A stretch of 63,927 nucleotides of DNA, filler included, from Syncephalis fuscata S228 (lineage: Eukaryota; Fungi; Zoopagomycota): NCBI GenBank assembly GCA_025786725.1. It is 6 parts of 6 records of this genome, joined end to end, with 100 filler letters (N's around TTAATTAATTAA, not from the genome) between each part and the next. Parts side by side here need not be neighbours in the genome. Positions count along the whole stretch, not along the records: positions 12,350 to 34,403 come from JAHLTZ010000147.1; positions 34,504 to 56,028 come from JAHLTZ010000153.1; 4 more parts are not named here. One strand, 5' to 3'. The first letter of the stretch is position 1; the number at the start of each line of letters is the position of its first letter. The position numbers and the translations under genes are program-made. Below the pieces are notes generated by a model. The model searched no databases. It was not told the origin of the DNA and saw only the letters and a list, made by a program, of their open reading frames with translations. Shown here piece after piece: positions 24,156-38,200 of this stretch.

Positions 24156-27100
24156 ATGATGCAGCCTAGTCATTCAAATAATAACGGTGGTCCACCACCA
24201 TTGCAGCCACCTCAACAACAGCAGCAGCAGCAGCAACAACAACAACAGCCACCACCACCTAATAATCCATATCAACAGCCTTACAGTCAGCCATATGGTG
24301 GCCAATCTGGACCTCATGGACAAGGTCCACCACCACCACAACAGCCTATCTATGGACAGCCACCACCACCACCACCGCATATGCAACAACCTTACGGTGG
24401 ACCTGGTGGACCTCCAGCGCATCCTCATCCGCCACCGCATGCAGGCCCACCTAATAGCGGTCCGCGTAACTATCCAATGCCACCACCACAGCATCCAGCA
24501 GGCCCGCCTGGTCCACCACAAATGCCTCTAAGTAATGGCCAGCCATACCAAAGTCCACCACAAAACCATGCTCCACCACAGCAGCCGATACAAGGATTGG
24601 CACAACAGATGGCAGGTATGCATATAGGTCAAGCAGCAACACCACCACCACCGGGACCACCAGGAGTAGCACCAGTATACAACAATCATAGTCCTATGAA
24701 TAGTCAGCCAGGACAGCCTATTAGTCCAGTTTCTGCTAGCATACCAGCTACATCGCCGGTAGATGCAGCAGCACAACAACAAGCTGGTAAACGTCGACCT
24801 CAACGTGTATATAACTTTGGCTCCGATGGGCGACCAGCGGCGCCAAATGCACAGCAGCCATCTACAAGTGGCATACAGCCACCACAACCAGGACAAATGC
24901 CCATGGGTATACCGCCTACTGCACCAATGGGTCAGCCACCACAGCCTGGTATGGCAAATCCACAGCGTTTTCAATCGCAGCCTGGATGGCCAGCTCCTAT
25001 GGCCGGTATACCAACTGGGCCACCGGGTAGTAATCCAAATGCTGCACGACCACGCATAGATCCAAATCAAATACCATCGCCAATTAAGGCACAAATTGAT
25101 GACCAGGTCGCGTATGCAACTACACCATACGGTACAAGTGGTCGCAATGGCAATCCTCCATTGCCCAGCACGGATTTTGTCGCTATCGATGAAGGCAACT
25201 GTAATCCTAAGTTTATGCGAGTTACCGTGGCCAGTATACCGGCCACAGAGGAACTGGCCAATAACTCTCATTTGCCATTGGCACTAGTTCTGCAGCCATT
25301 GGCAAAATTACGTGCTGAAGAGGTAATAGTAACACTAAATTTATTTATTTATTATTAATAGTCAAGTCTATTTATCTAGGCACCCATTCCTTTGGTTGAT
25401 TTGGGAGAAGAAGGTCCAATACGCTGTACACGCTGTAAAGGCTATATTAATCCATTCTGTACATTTACCGATGGTGGACGTCGTTTTATATGCAGCCTGT
25501 GTCAATTTGCCTCGGACGTGCCCAATTCTTATTTCTGTAATCTTGACATGGCCGGTCGTCGTATGGACCTGGAAATGCGTCCTGAATTGATGTATGGCAC
25601 GTGCGAGTATATTCCTACTCAGGTAATTAAGCCAAATATCTATTATTAGTCGCAATATTTACATTTATGGCAGGAATACTATAATCGCCCCGCTCAACCA
25701 GCCTCATTTCTTTTTGCAATCGATGTGTCGTGGAATGCTGTGCAAAGCGGTATGCTTACCCAATGCGTGCTTGCCATTAAAGAAGCGCTATATGGCCCGG
25801 GTGCATCTAGCTGGTTAACATCGGGTGTACGTGTTGGTATTATGACATTTGATCGCAATGTCAACTTCTACAATCTATCAGTAAGTGTATAACTTATTAA
25901 CTTATATTTTGCTAATAAGCAATACTAGGCCGAGTTGGAACAGGCTCAAATGCTTGTTGTGTCAGATATCGATGATGTATTCACTCCGATTAAAGATGGT
26001 CTACTAGTAGATCCTATAGCATCAAAGATGGTGATTGAATCATTATTGGATGCACTGCCAACTATGTTCCAATCAAACAGGACTGCTGATCCTGTATTGG
26101 GCGCAGCACTTCAAGCAGCACACCAAGCAATGCAATCAAATGGCGGTCGCCTTATTGTATTTCAAACAATGCTGCCCATTCGAGGACCGGGTACAATTCA
26201 TAGCCGTGATGAAAACAAGCTAATTAATACCGATAAAGAGTCGCAGCTATTTGCACCACAAGATGCATTCTACAAAACCGTAGCTGAACAATTGGTCGAT
26301 GCTGGTGTCTGTGCCGATCTTTTCCTTTTCCCGAATGCACCAGTCGATCTTGCTACAATTGGTAAGTAATGAACTAGTAGTAGCTATGGTACTTGTCTAA
26401 TACACTAGACATATAGGTGTTATATCGGGTATTACAGGCGGTGACACGCTTTTCTATCCTAATTTCTCGGCACCCAAAGATGGCCATCGGTTTCAGGAGG
26501 ATTTGAAGCGTTTGTTGCAGCGTGAATTTGGATTTGAAGGTGTTATGCGCATTCGTTGCTCTGACGGTAAGTTATTATATACACTATTAATCATTAAACT
26601 GATTATATGCCTTTTTATTTTATTAAATGATAATAGGCCTACGTGTAGCCGAACACTTTGGTAATTTCCACATGAGAAATGCTACCGATGTTGAATTGGC
26701 TGGTATTGATTCGGAAAAGACCTTTGCCGTACAGCTTGGTCATAATGCAGCCTTGGACGAGAAATTAAATGTTGTCTTCCAGTGTGCATTGCTTTATACT
26801 CGAGCAGATGGTCAGCGTCGTATTCGTGTTCATAGTATGAGTGTGCCATGTACATCAGTTATGGGCAATATGTTCCGCCATGCTGACATGGACACTTGTG
26901 TTAACTATCTATTAAAGGCCGGTAAGTAATAGAGATATTAAATTAATAGAACTAATTATATTAATTAATTTACGATAACGCTACTATTGTTGAATGTTAT
27001 TTTATTAGCTATGGCAGAAGCACTTACAGTGCCACTAAAGAATGTACGCGACCAATTGACTGAAAAATGTGTTTATGTATTGGCCGCCTATCGCAAACAC

Positions 27101-28122
27101 TGTGCTACACCATCGTCACCGGGTCAGGTAATTATTTCGACTCTGATTACAATAATTACAATAATAACTAACTAATGGTTTGTTCGTATAGTTAATTCTA
27201 CCTGAATCATTCAAACTATTTCCATTGATTACAGTAGCCATGCTAAAAACAATGGCCTTACGTACTTGTCAAGCGTTTACAACTGATGCACGTATTTATA
27301 CAATGCGTCTACTACGATCCATGTCAGTATCAACTTCTGTTGTTTATCTTTATCCAGCAATTTATGTACTCCACGATATACGTTCTGAAGTTGGTGTACC
27401 AGATGTACACGGACGTGTTCAATTGCCAGATATGATACGCGCCTCCTATGAACGTCTTGAACCGAATGGCATCTATCTACTAGGTCAGTAGTATAAACAT
27501 GGCATAAAGAGGACAAGCTTATACAAAAATTAACAATAGAAAACTCTCAAGTTATGGTATTATGGATTGGTCGACAAGTACCGGCTGATTTATTAAAACA
27601 ATACTTTGGCGTCGATTCTATTGAAGCCATCGATTCTTCCTCAGTAAGTTAATTAAGATATGATTAAATTATAGCTAACACACACACACATATATATATA
27701 TTATCATTTATAGGCAACTCTACCCCAAGTTGACTCGCCACTTTCACACAAGCTACACGCCATTGCCACCTATTTACAATCACGCCGTGCACGTCATCTT
27801 GCACTACGTATCGTACGGCAACAACTTGATCAAACGGAAGCTGAGTTTGCCTCGTTACTTGTAGAGGATAAGAATAATGACAATATGTCCTATGTCGACT
27901 ACCTCTGCTATGTTCATCGTCAAATTCAGACCGAGGTGAGCGGTACCTAATGTGTGTATTCCTCTTGTTTCTTTTCCATCTCTTCTTCGTTCCTTCTACT
28001 ACAACATGCGCACACCTTACCATCCATTGGCTGACCATACCAATTGCGGTATTGATTAGGCTAAACCACAAGCGGATGTAGCTCCCTCAACACATATCAC
28101 ACCTCGGTGGCATTATTATTAA
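24156..28122 (+). CDS. SEC24: COPII coat subunit Sec24 (Sec24C/D, Sfb3-like), multi-exon
   Basis: P/Q-rich N-terminus, RIDPNQIPSP, GNCNPKFMR, Zn finger RCTRCKGYINPF..CSLC, trunk FAIDVS, LLYTRADGQRRIRVH, LILPESFKLFPL, SYVDYLCYVHRQI. It ends at 27950, or at 28122 if the last intron is spliced. Confidence 0.93.
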
Positions 28123-28293
28123 TCTGTGGGTCAATTAGGAATGAAAGAAATATTAATAAAATAAATTGAATTGGCTTTTAACACTGCATTTATTCGTATG
28201 GTTGGTTAATGACACGACATAAGTGAGAGAGATATATATATGCTTGCATCTATAAATATCGATAGATCCAATGACATAATTGTTCAAATGGTT

Positions 28294-30971
28294 CTAGGCC
28301 ACTTTCAGCTTTTTGCCAACAAATCGTCGACCAAGGAAAGTGACACCAATGGCGACAAGTGTGCATATAATGCCAACGACCAATTCGACAATCTGTGAGG
28401 TGTTTGATGTTCTTTTGAAAATACGAAGACTTGTAGGATCCCAACTATTAAATACAGCGATTAGTATTATGTATTGAAGAATAGAACAAATAAAAAAGCT
28501 ACTACGAATGATACCTACCTACTCTCAACCCAAGTGGGCTTTGAAGCATCGACTACTTTAAATTTGCCAACATGGCTGTCGAATTCAAGGCCGGTACCAT
28601 AAGCCTCGTGAAGATTTGTATAGCTTGTGACACATTGATTATGTATGCATAGTTGCGTATCCTAGTAAAGTATTCACCAAGTTTCAGTTATTAGACCAAA
28701 CACTGCTTTTTAGAGTGCTATTCCTTTTATTTACCTTACAATCCTTACTAGCTTTACAGTCGCCGCCTCGCAGGGTGGACGTCAAGTTAGCCATATAAAG
28801 GCGTAAGAACTGGGTAGTAAGATCGGCTTTGCCCATTTGTAGCACGGTATGGCGATTAATAGCAAAGACCGGCGCGGTGACTAATCAATATTATTGTCAT
28901 ACTAATGAGTAAGCACCTATTATAGTCGATACTGTTAACTTACATTGGAAAAAGTCTGAAATAAGCGGGCAAGAGAATTTGTTTATGAAACAATCAAATA
29001 GACTATTTATCTAATAATAATAGCAATAATATTAATATTATATATTATATATATATCATATAATGCAACTACTTACCAAATCACAGTTGATTGATAGTTC
29101 TTTGGGCACAGCAATATTATTATTACCGTTTGCCAGTTGATATAAGCCGTTGGCAGTGACACGAGCAATATCACAAACCGAACGACCTACGTTTTCATTA
29201 AAGCTGTTATCAAAATCACTATTATAGAAGCTATTAAGAAATACATTAATTAATAAAGACCGAGTGAAGCTTATTAGTAAACTTAAGACTTACGGACTAA
29301 ATTCAGTATCAAAATCAGAAATTACGATAGCTGGTATTTTGCGCGATTGAAGAAATGATTGGGCACTTGTAGGCGGTAGTCGACCATTGGGATTAGTCGT
29401 CTTAACAACTGTAGGTGGCTGCTGTGCTGTCGTAAATAGTTTAACCAGATCTGCATTACCGCTTGACTGGTCATCAGTATGTACGAAAAATCGGCTTTTC
29501 TCCTTTGTATTACTATGACCGATTTGATTTAGTTCTACTACGGCTTGAATACGATCAATAGAAATCTCTGTAAAGGCGGTGCTTTGTCGGCAAGGACTGG
29601 CACAATCTGCTTTAATAAGAGGACAATGGCCAACATCGCTTAAAGATGTGGAAGAGCACTCGAACTTGGTGCTAATATCCTTTACAAATCGTTGCGATCC
29701 AGCAAAGCCCCAACTTTCTCCGTTAAATAAAGTAAATAAAATATTATTGGTAAAGGTTGCATTAGGTAACTAAATATTAACAAGAGTTAATTATGGTCAC
29801 TTTTCTATTCTATTTCATTAAACACTGCTACTTACTCGACTGAAGGCTTCTGCAACAGCTAATACTCCGACTAAGCCAGACAAATTGTTTTCAATATCGT
29901 CACCGCTTAGTTCGTTGAAAAACGACCGCCCATTTGTGGCGGCTGCCAATACTACCGTGTTTTTCTTAGCAAACTCATCTCGAGCTGTAAAAGACGAGTA
30001 GACAGAGTAGCCACCAATAGGTGAACACCAATCACGGCTCAAGCATTTTTCAGCAGCACCAGCCGACCACATAAACGAACTTAATTCGACCGCGTACAGT
30101 GGATAGTATTTGTACTCGCCGTCTAAATTATGTCTAATGGCCTACAAATGTCATTACCAAAATCAGTATTTGTTCTATATTATCGTCTATGCTATTTTAC
30201 CTTATTTAATTCTTTTATGGTATCTTTCTTCGATGGAGGAATAACAAATATGGGAAAGTTGTAACTTTCTCTATATAATGACGTGCCCTAATAATAAATC
30301 AATTATTATGATATAAACTAGTTGTTCAATCGGTATTACCGCTGGATTCCAGTTTGGTAGTGGATTTGTACCGTTTAAAATAGAATACTCGCAGTTGGGA
30401 CAAGTGTCATCTGCTGAGAAACTGGACGGCAGTTTACCGTCACTGATTACAAGTATGGAGGCCAATTTACCACTATTCTTCAGTTTATTTATATTATCTC
30501 TAGTCATCCATTGTATTAGAAAATACTGAATGGTGACAATTAATTAATTTACACTCACTTTGTCATCAAAATCATTGACATTACAATTGTAAATTTGTCA
30601 TCGGGCGCATCAGTTTGAAATTGATCCAATTGTTCTTGGCTATTTATGCCATAGAGAACACCAGTATCACCATAGCGTGATGCTATATTATTATTATTAT
30701 TACTGTTATTAGTTTATATTTATATCCATGCTAGCTATTCTCTTACAAGTGCATCCAATGCTACCCTGAGCTGTAAGTAGACGAGAGCAAGGTTGACTAT
30801 CCAGTGATGTGTAGATAATGCTGTCGAGAGTGCTCACTTCGCTACGTACTACAATAGTGTAAGCGAGATGACACAATACTACAAGCTAAACATTAACTAC
30901 TTACCGACTGCTAGCGGCAATCCTAGTAATAGCGACCACTTTATTATATGGCGCCAACCTAAGCCAAGCAT
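28294..30971 (-). CDS. NCSTN: Nicastrin-like protein (gamma-secretase subunit), multi-exon
   Basis: Signal peptide, PCSRLLTAQGSIGC, YPLYAVELSSFMWSAG..C..CSPIGGYSV, LFTLFNGESWGFAGSQRF, LPPTSAQSFL, TWVES.WDP..LRIF, a single TM helix and a short basic tail. Confidence 0.85.
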
Positions 30972-31296
30972 TTTGTTATATACTATTATTCTGTCGTTGC
31001 CACTGTTATTGTTAATGTTGTTGTTGTTGTTATTACTACTACAAGTATATTAAACGAATAATTCACACCTAGATGAACAAATATATAACCAAGAATAGGT
31101 TCAAAAACAACAAAGTGTGTGTGTGTGTTGTAATGACGAGTGGATAGTGGTGTGGCAAGAAAGAAAGTCAAATAGGCGGAGAAGGAAAGAAGCAAGTGGC
31201 TGTCGTGCATGATGGCATGTGGCAGCAACCAGTATCATATACACTCAGACAAGGGACATGCAATTTATTGGTTATGGTACTAACAATGGCATTGAA

Positions 31297-32090
31297 TTAA
31301 TTATTCGTCGATGTTTTTTGCACTTGTCGTTTAGCGGTAGATTTGGCAAGGATGCCCTGTAGCATTGTATGGGTCGTGTTAGGATCCTGTACAATATTCT
31401 GCGCAACTGATGTCACATCACGCAACTGCTGTATCATATGGGTTAATACGGCTGTTCGTTTCTTAACAAGTTCACCGCGCGATTGGCGTTGTTCGTTGCC
31501 ACCAGGTCGTGTCTCGACTGAGAGCGTAACTCGATAGCCTTTGCTAAGCATTTGGCGGGCCTTCTTCAGCTTGTGCTCCATGTCGTGCGGTTGCACATTA
31601 TCGCCAACAATCAATTGTTTTGAGACCCGTGTTGAAGCGAGTGCCCGTTTCCGCTCCTTCATCAAACGCTGCTTTTCGTATCGCTCTTTCTTTGATAGAT
31701 ACGGCACACAGGTGGATTGGCTGTTGAATCAACCTCCAAGATAAAGTACTGTTCGCGATCAAGCGTATGTAGCACGTCGCGCGTCTTCCAAGGCCCCCCT
31801 GGTTTTAGTTCACCATTCTCTTCAACTACTTCAATAAATGGCGCGGTAATCTCTTCGTCACGCGGTGGTCGCTCCGGTGCCGGCGCTGTTGGTGCTGTTT
31901 TTTTGGCTGTCGTCATTGTATTGGTAACAGTGGTGCGTGCAATAAAGCTTAGCGATAAATTGCCACGTTGTAAAAATTGCGCGTTATTACAACGCTGTAA
32001 ACAGCATTGTTTGCGGAATCCAGGCAAGCTACGTACGATTACACCAGTCTGTAGCTGTTTTGCAGCTGCTCTCCATAATATTGACGCCAT
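31297..32090 (-). CDS. Mitochondrial translation initiation factor IF-3 (one apparent 1-nt deletion near 31698)
   Basis: Presequence-like N-terminus, PRDEEITAPFIEVV, ANPPVCRI / [L]SKKERYEKQR, and the IF3-C motif HDMEHKLKKARQMLSKGYRV. The two ORFs join if one C is added (ATC[C]TATCA). Confidence 0.75.
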
Positions 32091-32749
32091 GATTAGCGGT
32101 AACAAATAACACGATTAAGAAGAATAGATAATAAGGAAAAAATACACCTGTTTAAAATTATATTGTATAATAATAAGTGTATCCAAGTTTAGTAATTTAT
32201 TAGCTTTTAATAAACAGTTTAATTTACTTAATTACTGCAGAAACGTATTTATTGTCACTAACGTCGAATAGCTTATTTGCTTATTATTTCTCTCCTTTTA
32301 TCAGCTATAATAAACGACGTTTATTGCTCGTATTTATTTATAAAAAATCCAATATTATATGCTTGGTAAAAGATAAAGCTTCAAATACTAATAATATACA
32401 ATTATTCTTGTAACTTTTTTATAGCTTCATATACTATGCAATTGTTTTATTTGTTACTTTATTCAAATATTGTATTAGTACTAATCTAAAACACACTTAT
32501 ACAAGGCTATTATATGTTTTTAATATAATTAAAACTAACAAGCAAATGTTTATTTGTAATTGTTTCGATCATATAACCCAACAGTGCTCTAATATTAGTT
32601 ACCTGTTATGCAGAAAACGTAAAAAATTTAATAAAATGTAACCATGTTCAATGACTTAAAAAAATGCCGCTTGCTTTAGATGTACAATAGTTGAGCATAC
32701 TGTAAAAGCTGTCTAAATATTAGTCAGTCATGTACTACTATGATAATAA

Positions 32750-33280
32750 AGTGTTAATACCAATGATCGGAGTGAAGAAAGTGAATAGCAAAAAAGAGTA
32801 ATGCAAGAGAGTAATGCAAATAGTGTTATACTTGACTAGTAGTCAGTCAACTACTGGTACTATCTAAATAGCATATATGAAGTGCACAAGTATATGTAGT
32901 GAATATATGCTATCAAGTGTAAAGAAAGAGAAAGAAAATGTGATGACGTAGATTGTGAGATGTGGGCCTGTCAGTCAATATTTATAAACAGCCGAGTTTG
33001 ACTTATTAATAAATGGTGTAAATAATAAAAGTCAATCTACCCAACATGTTGGTACATCATAGAACAGATTAATAGTAAAGGAATAAATGCATCAAGAATA
33101 AAAGTCATTTGACACCAAAACTACTCATTATTATAGAACATATATTCAGTATAATGGCGAATGTATTAAAAGAATAAAAATCATTTACACCCAAAAAACA
33201 CTCATCATCATAGAACATGTTGTCAGTATAATAGCGAATGTATTAAAAGAATAAAAGCCATTTGACACCAAAACCATTAA
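32750..33280 (+). repeat. Dispersed repeat family B with terminal subrepeats
   Basis: 32750-33080 is highly similar to the reverse complement of 62669-63010. It is followed by repeats of AGAATAAAAGTCATTTGACACCAAAA. Confidence 0.75.
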
Positions 33281-33425
33281 AATAAAACGATGATTTATAT
33301 ACTAAATAAAATATTTACAATATTTATTGGTAACATAAGCAATGAATAGATGATGTAAAGCAACTAAGTATATTAGATAGTTAGCATTATGATTTGATTG
33401 ATTGCTAATGAGTTCTTACCTTTAA

Positions 33426-34403
33426 CTAATATGCACCTTTATTGAGGCGGCATTTTCGGAGGGGAATCGACCGTTTGGCAGCACCTTGTGATTTGTATTT
33501 TGAGTAGCATCGGCGTTTTAGGCGGCGTCGCTGTAAAAGCTTAGGCGCTAGCCGCTGCTTCTTTGTTGTTGGCCCAGATGCTGCTTGTGTTGGTGGTGAT
33601 GGTGTTGTTATTGGTGGTGGTGATGGCATTGGTGTTGTTATTGGCGTCGTAGGTGGTGGTGGTGGTGTTGTTGATGCTTCTGGTTCTTCTTCATTTAAAG
33701 AAACAACATTAAGTGGTGCAGCCGCATCCACTTGTTCTTCCTCCTCATCAAACCAGTGACAAGCCAGCGCGTCTTTTGCTGTACAACGCGTGCTACCATC
33801 AATGGTCAGTAGCCGCGTTATTAAATCAATAGCTACGCAATGTTAGTTATTGCTAATAAATAAATATTAACTTACCTTTATCGCTAGAATGATTTCCTTG
33901 TTTAAAACCAAACGGTGTATTTAATACATCTTTCAAGTACCCAAAAACACCATGCCAATTATCATAAGGATAATGGCCTAATTGCAGCATAAAATAGTTA
34001 GTATGGTAGTTTGTTTTTGTTTGCATTTACCTGTTAACAACTCATAGAACATTACACCTAGGCTCCACATGTCAATGGGCGTGACATACCCACTGACAGT
34101 TGACGAGTTTAGCTGGTTGTGAAACTCATGATCCTCATTGCCTAGTGCAATTGACAATAGATTTTGTCGCATAGTCGATGCCAACACCACTTCGGGTGCT
34201 ATATATGGCACCGTGCCACCACAAAACATACGACATGGAAGGCTGTATAAACCGAGCCAATCCAAAGTCCGTATATACGACTTTAGGGCGCTCAGAGTCC
34301 GCAACCAATAAAATGTTATGAGGCTATTTAATCGTTATTAATGACGCGTAATATTAAATAAATAAATTACCTTGATGTTCTAATTATGTGATAATAATAG
34401 CAA
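33426..34403 (-). CDS. Ser/Thr protein kinase, C-terminal part (CAMK-like), truncated at the linker; carries a frameshift
   Basis: NIK|PHNILL, TDFGLAR, GTVPYIAPE, DMWSLGV, IDLITRLLTIDGSTRCTAKDALACHWF, then a Pro/Thr-rich and basic tail. The frame changes between DFGLAR and GTVPY. Confidence 0.65.
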
Positions 34404-34503
34404 NNNNNNNNNNNNNNNNNNNNNNNNNNNNNNNNNNNNNNNNNNNNTTAATTAATTAANNNNNNNNNNNNNNNNNNNNNNNNNNNNNNNNNNNNNNNNN
34501 NNN
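34404..34503. other. Artificial contig linker
   Basis: N44-TTAATTAATTAA-N44. Confidence 0.97.
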
Positions 34504-34516
34504 AAACTACGCCTAC

Positions 34517-34641
34517 CTTCATACTCGGTCGGATAGATCGACAAGAGTACTTCAAGTTCATTGGCTTGTTCTTCAGCGTAATCTTGTAGCAGCTAGTTAA
34601 TAAAACATACCGTTACTCGTTTGTACCTATTTACCCGTCAT
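34517..34641 (-). CDS. GIR2: RWD-domain protein Gir2/RWDD1, first two exons (rest cut by the linker)
   Basis: MT|DYAEEQANELEVLLSIYPTEYE with GT-AG introns. Confidence 0.75.
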
Positions 34642-35173
34642 CGTGGCACTGCTACAGCTAATAAAATCGACAAATAAAGTAGAATAAAAAGTCCGATTCA
34701 AGAACTTGCTAGAATGGCGGTAAAAGAGGCAGTGGCGTCATAAATAGATTGATCATATTGATCATTTAACAATTTACAGATATTCATTCAGATGAACTAG
34801 TATTTATTAATATATTGCTTATATAGCATAGCACTTTTACTATCCATTGCTATGGAGCATTGGCATACTGGCACTGTAGAAAATCGATGATGCTTTGTCA
34901 TCGGGCTATTACTATTCCCGGGCATCACTCCGCAAAGACCCGTAAGAAAACGGGTAAAGTAGGATTCATGCTGTTGTTCCGATATACACTTAAAACATTT
35001 TAGCAACTATTTATGCCTCGTGTTTGCCTGGAACAACACAAATCATCTGCATCGGTTTCCCTTTTATCTTTTCATACATATTGTAGCATCCAAGAGACAT
35101 TGAGATAGTCTCTCTTTTTCATACAGTTACTACTACTACTACTGCTGCTGCTGCCTTTTTTTCTATTACAAAT

Positions 35174-35935
35174 ATGAAGATCCTTACGCAAAAAGAAAGT
35201 GACGAAGCACAGCAGGCCGCCATCAACGGTGGTATCAAAGGAGCTGCCGTTGGCCTTGCCGCTAGTTTGGTGCTTTCACTTGCTGCACAGCGCTTTTCTC
35301 CCGGGTATCGCCGCCTTACATTACCGCTTAAGGTTTTCTTTGTGACGGCCGGCGTATCAGTAACTACGGTTATTCAGGCAGAACATGAAATGGGAGCCTA
35401 CGAAGTAGAGCGAATGCGCCGTCGTGGATCGCAAAGACCTACACTTGAGTCTATGTTGAATCCGGATCAAGTTACTGCCCAACAACATCAAGCGGAATTA
35501 GCCATGGTGCCAGCACGCCCATTGGCACAACGTACAGTCGATTTCATCAATGCGAATCGATGGTCAGTGGTTGGTAAGTAATATAGCTTCTACGCAATGT
35601 GACTATGTTTATTGATTTGCTGGTTGTTTAGGTGGTACATGGGCTACTGGTATGGTTGGTGCTGGTACCTATCTCTGGGCACAAAAGTAAGCATATACAG
35701 TTAACCATTAGTAACAATTGCTCATTCTGTATTATCATTGCATTATAGATATATGACATGGCAACAAAAGCTTGTCGAAGCACGTATGTACGCTCAAGCA
35801 ATTACCATCTTTGCCTTATTGGCTACAGCTGCTCTTTCAATGTCGCAAGAGCCAGTTAATCCACAAGCCGTGAAAGATGACACATGGCGTCGTCGACTAG
35901 CCTCGGCTCCAGAAAAGAACGCCATTTCTCAGTAA
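35174..35935 (+). CDS. RCF2: Respiratory supercomplex factor 2 (HIG1-domain protein), 3 exons
   Basis: MKILTQKESDEAQQAAINGGIKG..., NRWSVV|GGTWATGM, MTWQQKLVEARMYAQAITI. Confidence 0.88.
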
Positions 35936-36376
35936 TCATTTGCAGTATATTAACATTAGTAAACTTGTTATCAATTTATTATTGCTGTTGTTATTAATGT
36001 TTCATTTGTGACTAAGCAAATATTTTATTTCTTTTTTATTTAAACTATTACAAGACAGAACAAACAAAATATTGTTTACTAATTGAATAATGAACTACAA
36101 ATATCAATAATCAAAGTTTAATATAAGAACTATTTTACTTTGACTCGCTATTCTTAAATTGAAGAACAAAAAGATCCATAATTCGAATGATAAATCGTCC
36201 ATCAGTTTTTACTACTGAAAAGTGCTATTTGTTAAAGCAGTGCACATCAACTCCGATTGAACTAATCAGAGTCAATTAATCTGCACTATTTTCAATATTT
36301 GATATCAGTGTTAATAAATGGTAAATAGTATTTCATGCTACTTACAACAAAATGTTACATTTGATTATGATGTTTA

Positions 36377-36710
36377 TGCAACAGTAGAAGATTGGAAAAT
36401 AAAAGAGACCATTTAGACGCAATAATTCATGCTGTATATAGATGCAACAACAATCAATGCGGAATGACATGGAATCGCGATCAATGACTTCTATTAATAT
36501 TTGATTAATCTTTCTACACATGGCCAACGACAATAATAATCGGCCTCAAATGTTCCAAAGAAATCAAATATTATGCTGCAGTAGTTATTTAAATCAATTT
36601 ATTAACAATATTTTAATAGGAAGTAATATAACTATGTTTGTTGCGCATAACTGTGCGACTTCAATTGGAACAAGTTTTGCTTTGGGGGTTTCAAAATGGT
36701 GAATTTCAAA
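36377..36710 (+). mobile_element. Fanzor/TnpB 3'-end relic (copy 1)
   Basis: Translates as CNSRRLEN..IHAVYRCNNNQCGMTWNRD /frameshift/ MTSINI*LIFLHMANDNNNRPQMFQR, i.e. the second ZnF CxxC plus the RuvC-III WNRD..A..NI motif. Confidence 0.7.
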
Positions 36711-36839
36711 AATGCCACTTTTTCAGTTTTCAATTTTAAAAAAATTCATCATAATAAATTACAATTTTAAATAAGCATAAATAAAATATTAAAATATTAA
36801 TTTCTTTTATTAAGAAAATATATCTAGATGTCTACTAAA

Positions 36840-38200
36840 CTATTTGAAAAAGTTATATTTACCAGTATTGAAGAGCTGAGGATTGCCGTTGACGAGTTTA
36901 AACTTGTTAACGATTGCAATTTTAAAAAGAAATGCTTTAACAAGATTATAGTCTATTTGTTCTCATGAAGATCGTTCCGACAACAAATGTCAGCTTGTTT
37001 TGACTACCGGAAAGCAAAAGATTGGACTGGTAAAGATTGCATTAAGCAATATTAATTATTTTAATGGTTATCTATATGATTATGGTAATGCTACTATTAA
37101 ATATGTTACTAACTATATTACAAATGATATTGCTACATTCTCAAATATAAACTAAAAGATGTACAAGTAAAAGCATTAAGTACATATTTAAGTATTTAAT
37201 ATACATTAACAATTATAATAGCATAATAAATGCTAGTATTTCTTATTGCAAAGCTTGGTCTGATTTTGATTTAATAAAAGATAATGGCATTGTTACAACA
37301 ATAGCAATAGAATGATGTAACTTTAACCAAGCAACCAAAGGAGGAAAAGAAATAGCAGTAGTAGCTTAGTCAAATGTTTTAATATCAATTTAATAAAAAT
37401 ACTATTATTAATATAAAATAACTTTAACTTCGAACAATAGTTTGAATCAGCAGAATTATAACAGAAGTTACAACTGTATAAATCTTAATAATAAACTAAA
37501 AATTCCTGATAAAAAAAAGGTAATTTAGAATTTTGCTTATTTACGTAATTTACTTAATTGTAGCAATATTAACAGCAATTTCAATTGTGTTTTATTTGTT
37601 AAAAAACTTTCAACAATATACTTGTGACAAATGCAACTTAAAAAATACAATACAAAAACATTCATTGTAGGGGTTAGTATTAATAATATTAAACTGATGG
37701 TTAGTGTTGAAATAAACGTTTTTATTGAAAAGCAAATACAAACTGCTAATAAAGCAAATGTTAAAATAAATAAGTGTAATACAAAAAAATTTAATTAATA
37801 AATATTCTTTAAAATATAAAATTAACTAACAAATAAAATTCAAGTGGCTTATTTAGAACGTTTCAGATATTAGATTTAGCAATTAAATAGTTCCTAGTTA
37901 CATGAGAGTATTATTGCTCTGATCAACTCAAATTAATTAATTGGTTATCAAGCAAGAGTGAAGATATGTAAAATAAAGCCGTCAACATGGTATTTGTCAT
38001 CGATAAACTAGAACAATCTATTTGTAACATTCATTCTTAAATTCTGCAGTAATCGCTCTAATGTTCTAATTTAGAAAAGCCGTGGGACATGGCAAAAGAA
38101 GCTTAAGAGAATGTTGTGGCGGATCATTTAAACCACTTAATTTGTATTAAATCTTATGATATTTTTATTAACTAAATAAAAATAACTTTTTCCACAATAT
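36840..38200 (+). pseudogene. Possible highly decayed DNA-transposase (MULE-like) remnant
   Basis: The fragment FTSIEELRIAVDEFKLVNDCNFKKK resembles MuDR-type N-terminal motifs. The rest is AT-rich with many stops. Weak call. Confidence 0.25.

Noticed and set aside
24174-25271. Long antisense/alternate-frame ORFs over SEC24 (and similar ones over STU2, U1-C, antizyme and LARP1)
   Set aside because: These are shadow ORFs caused by Pro/Gln/Gly codon repeats in the real genes.
31690-31710. Programmed frameshift in mitochondrial IF3
   Set aside because: There is no slippery sequence or stop-codon context. A missing C in a CC pair explains it, like the other apparent errors.
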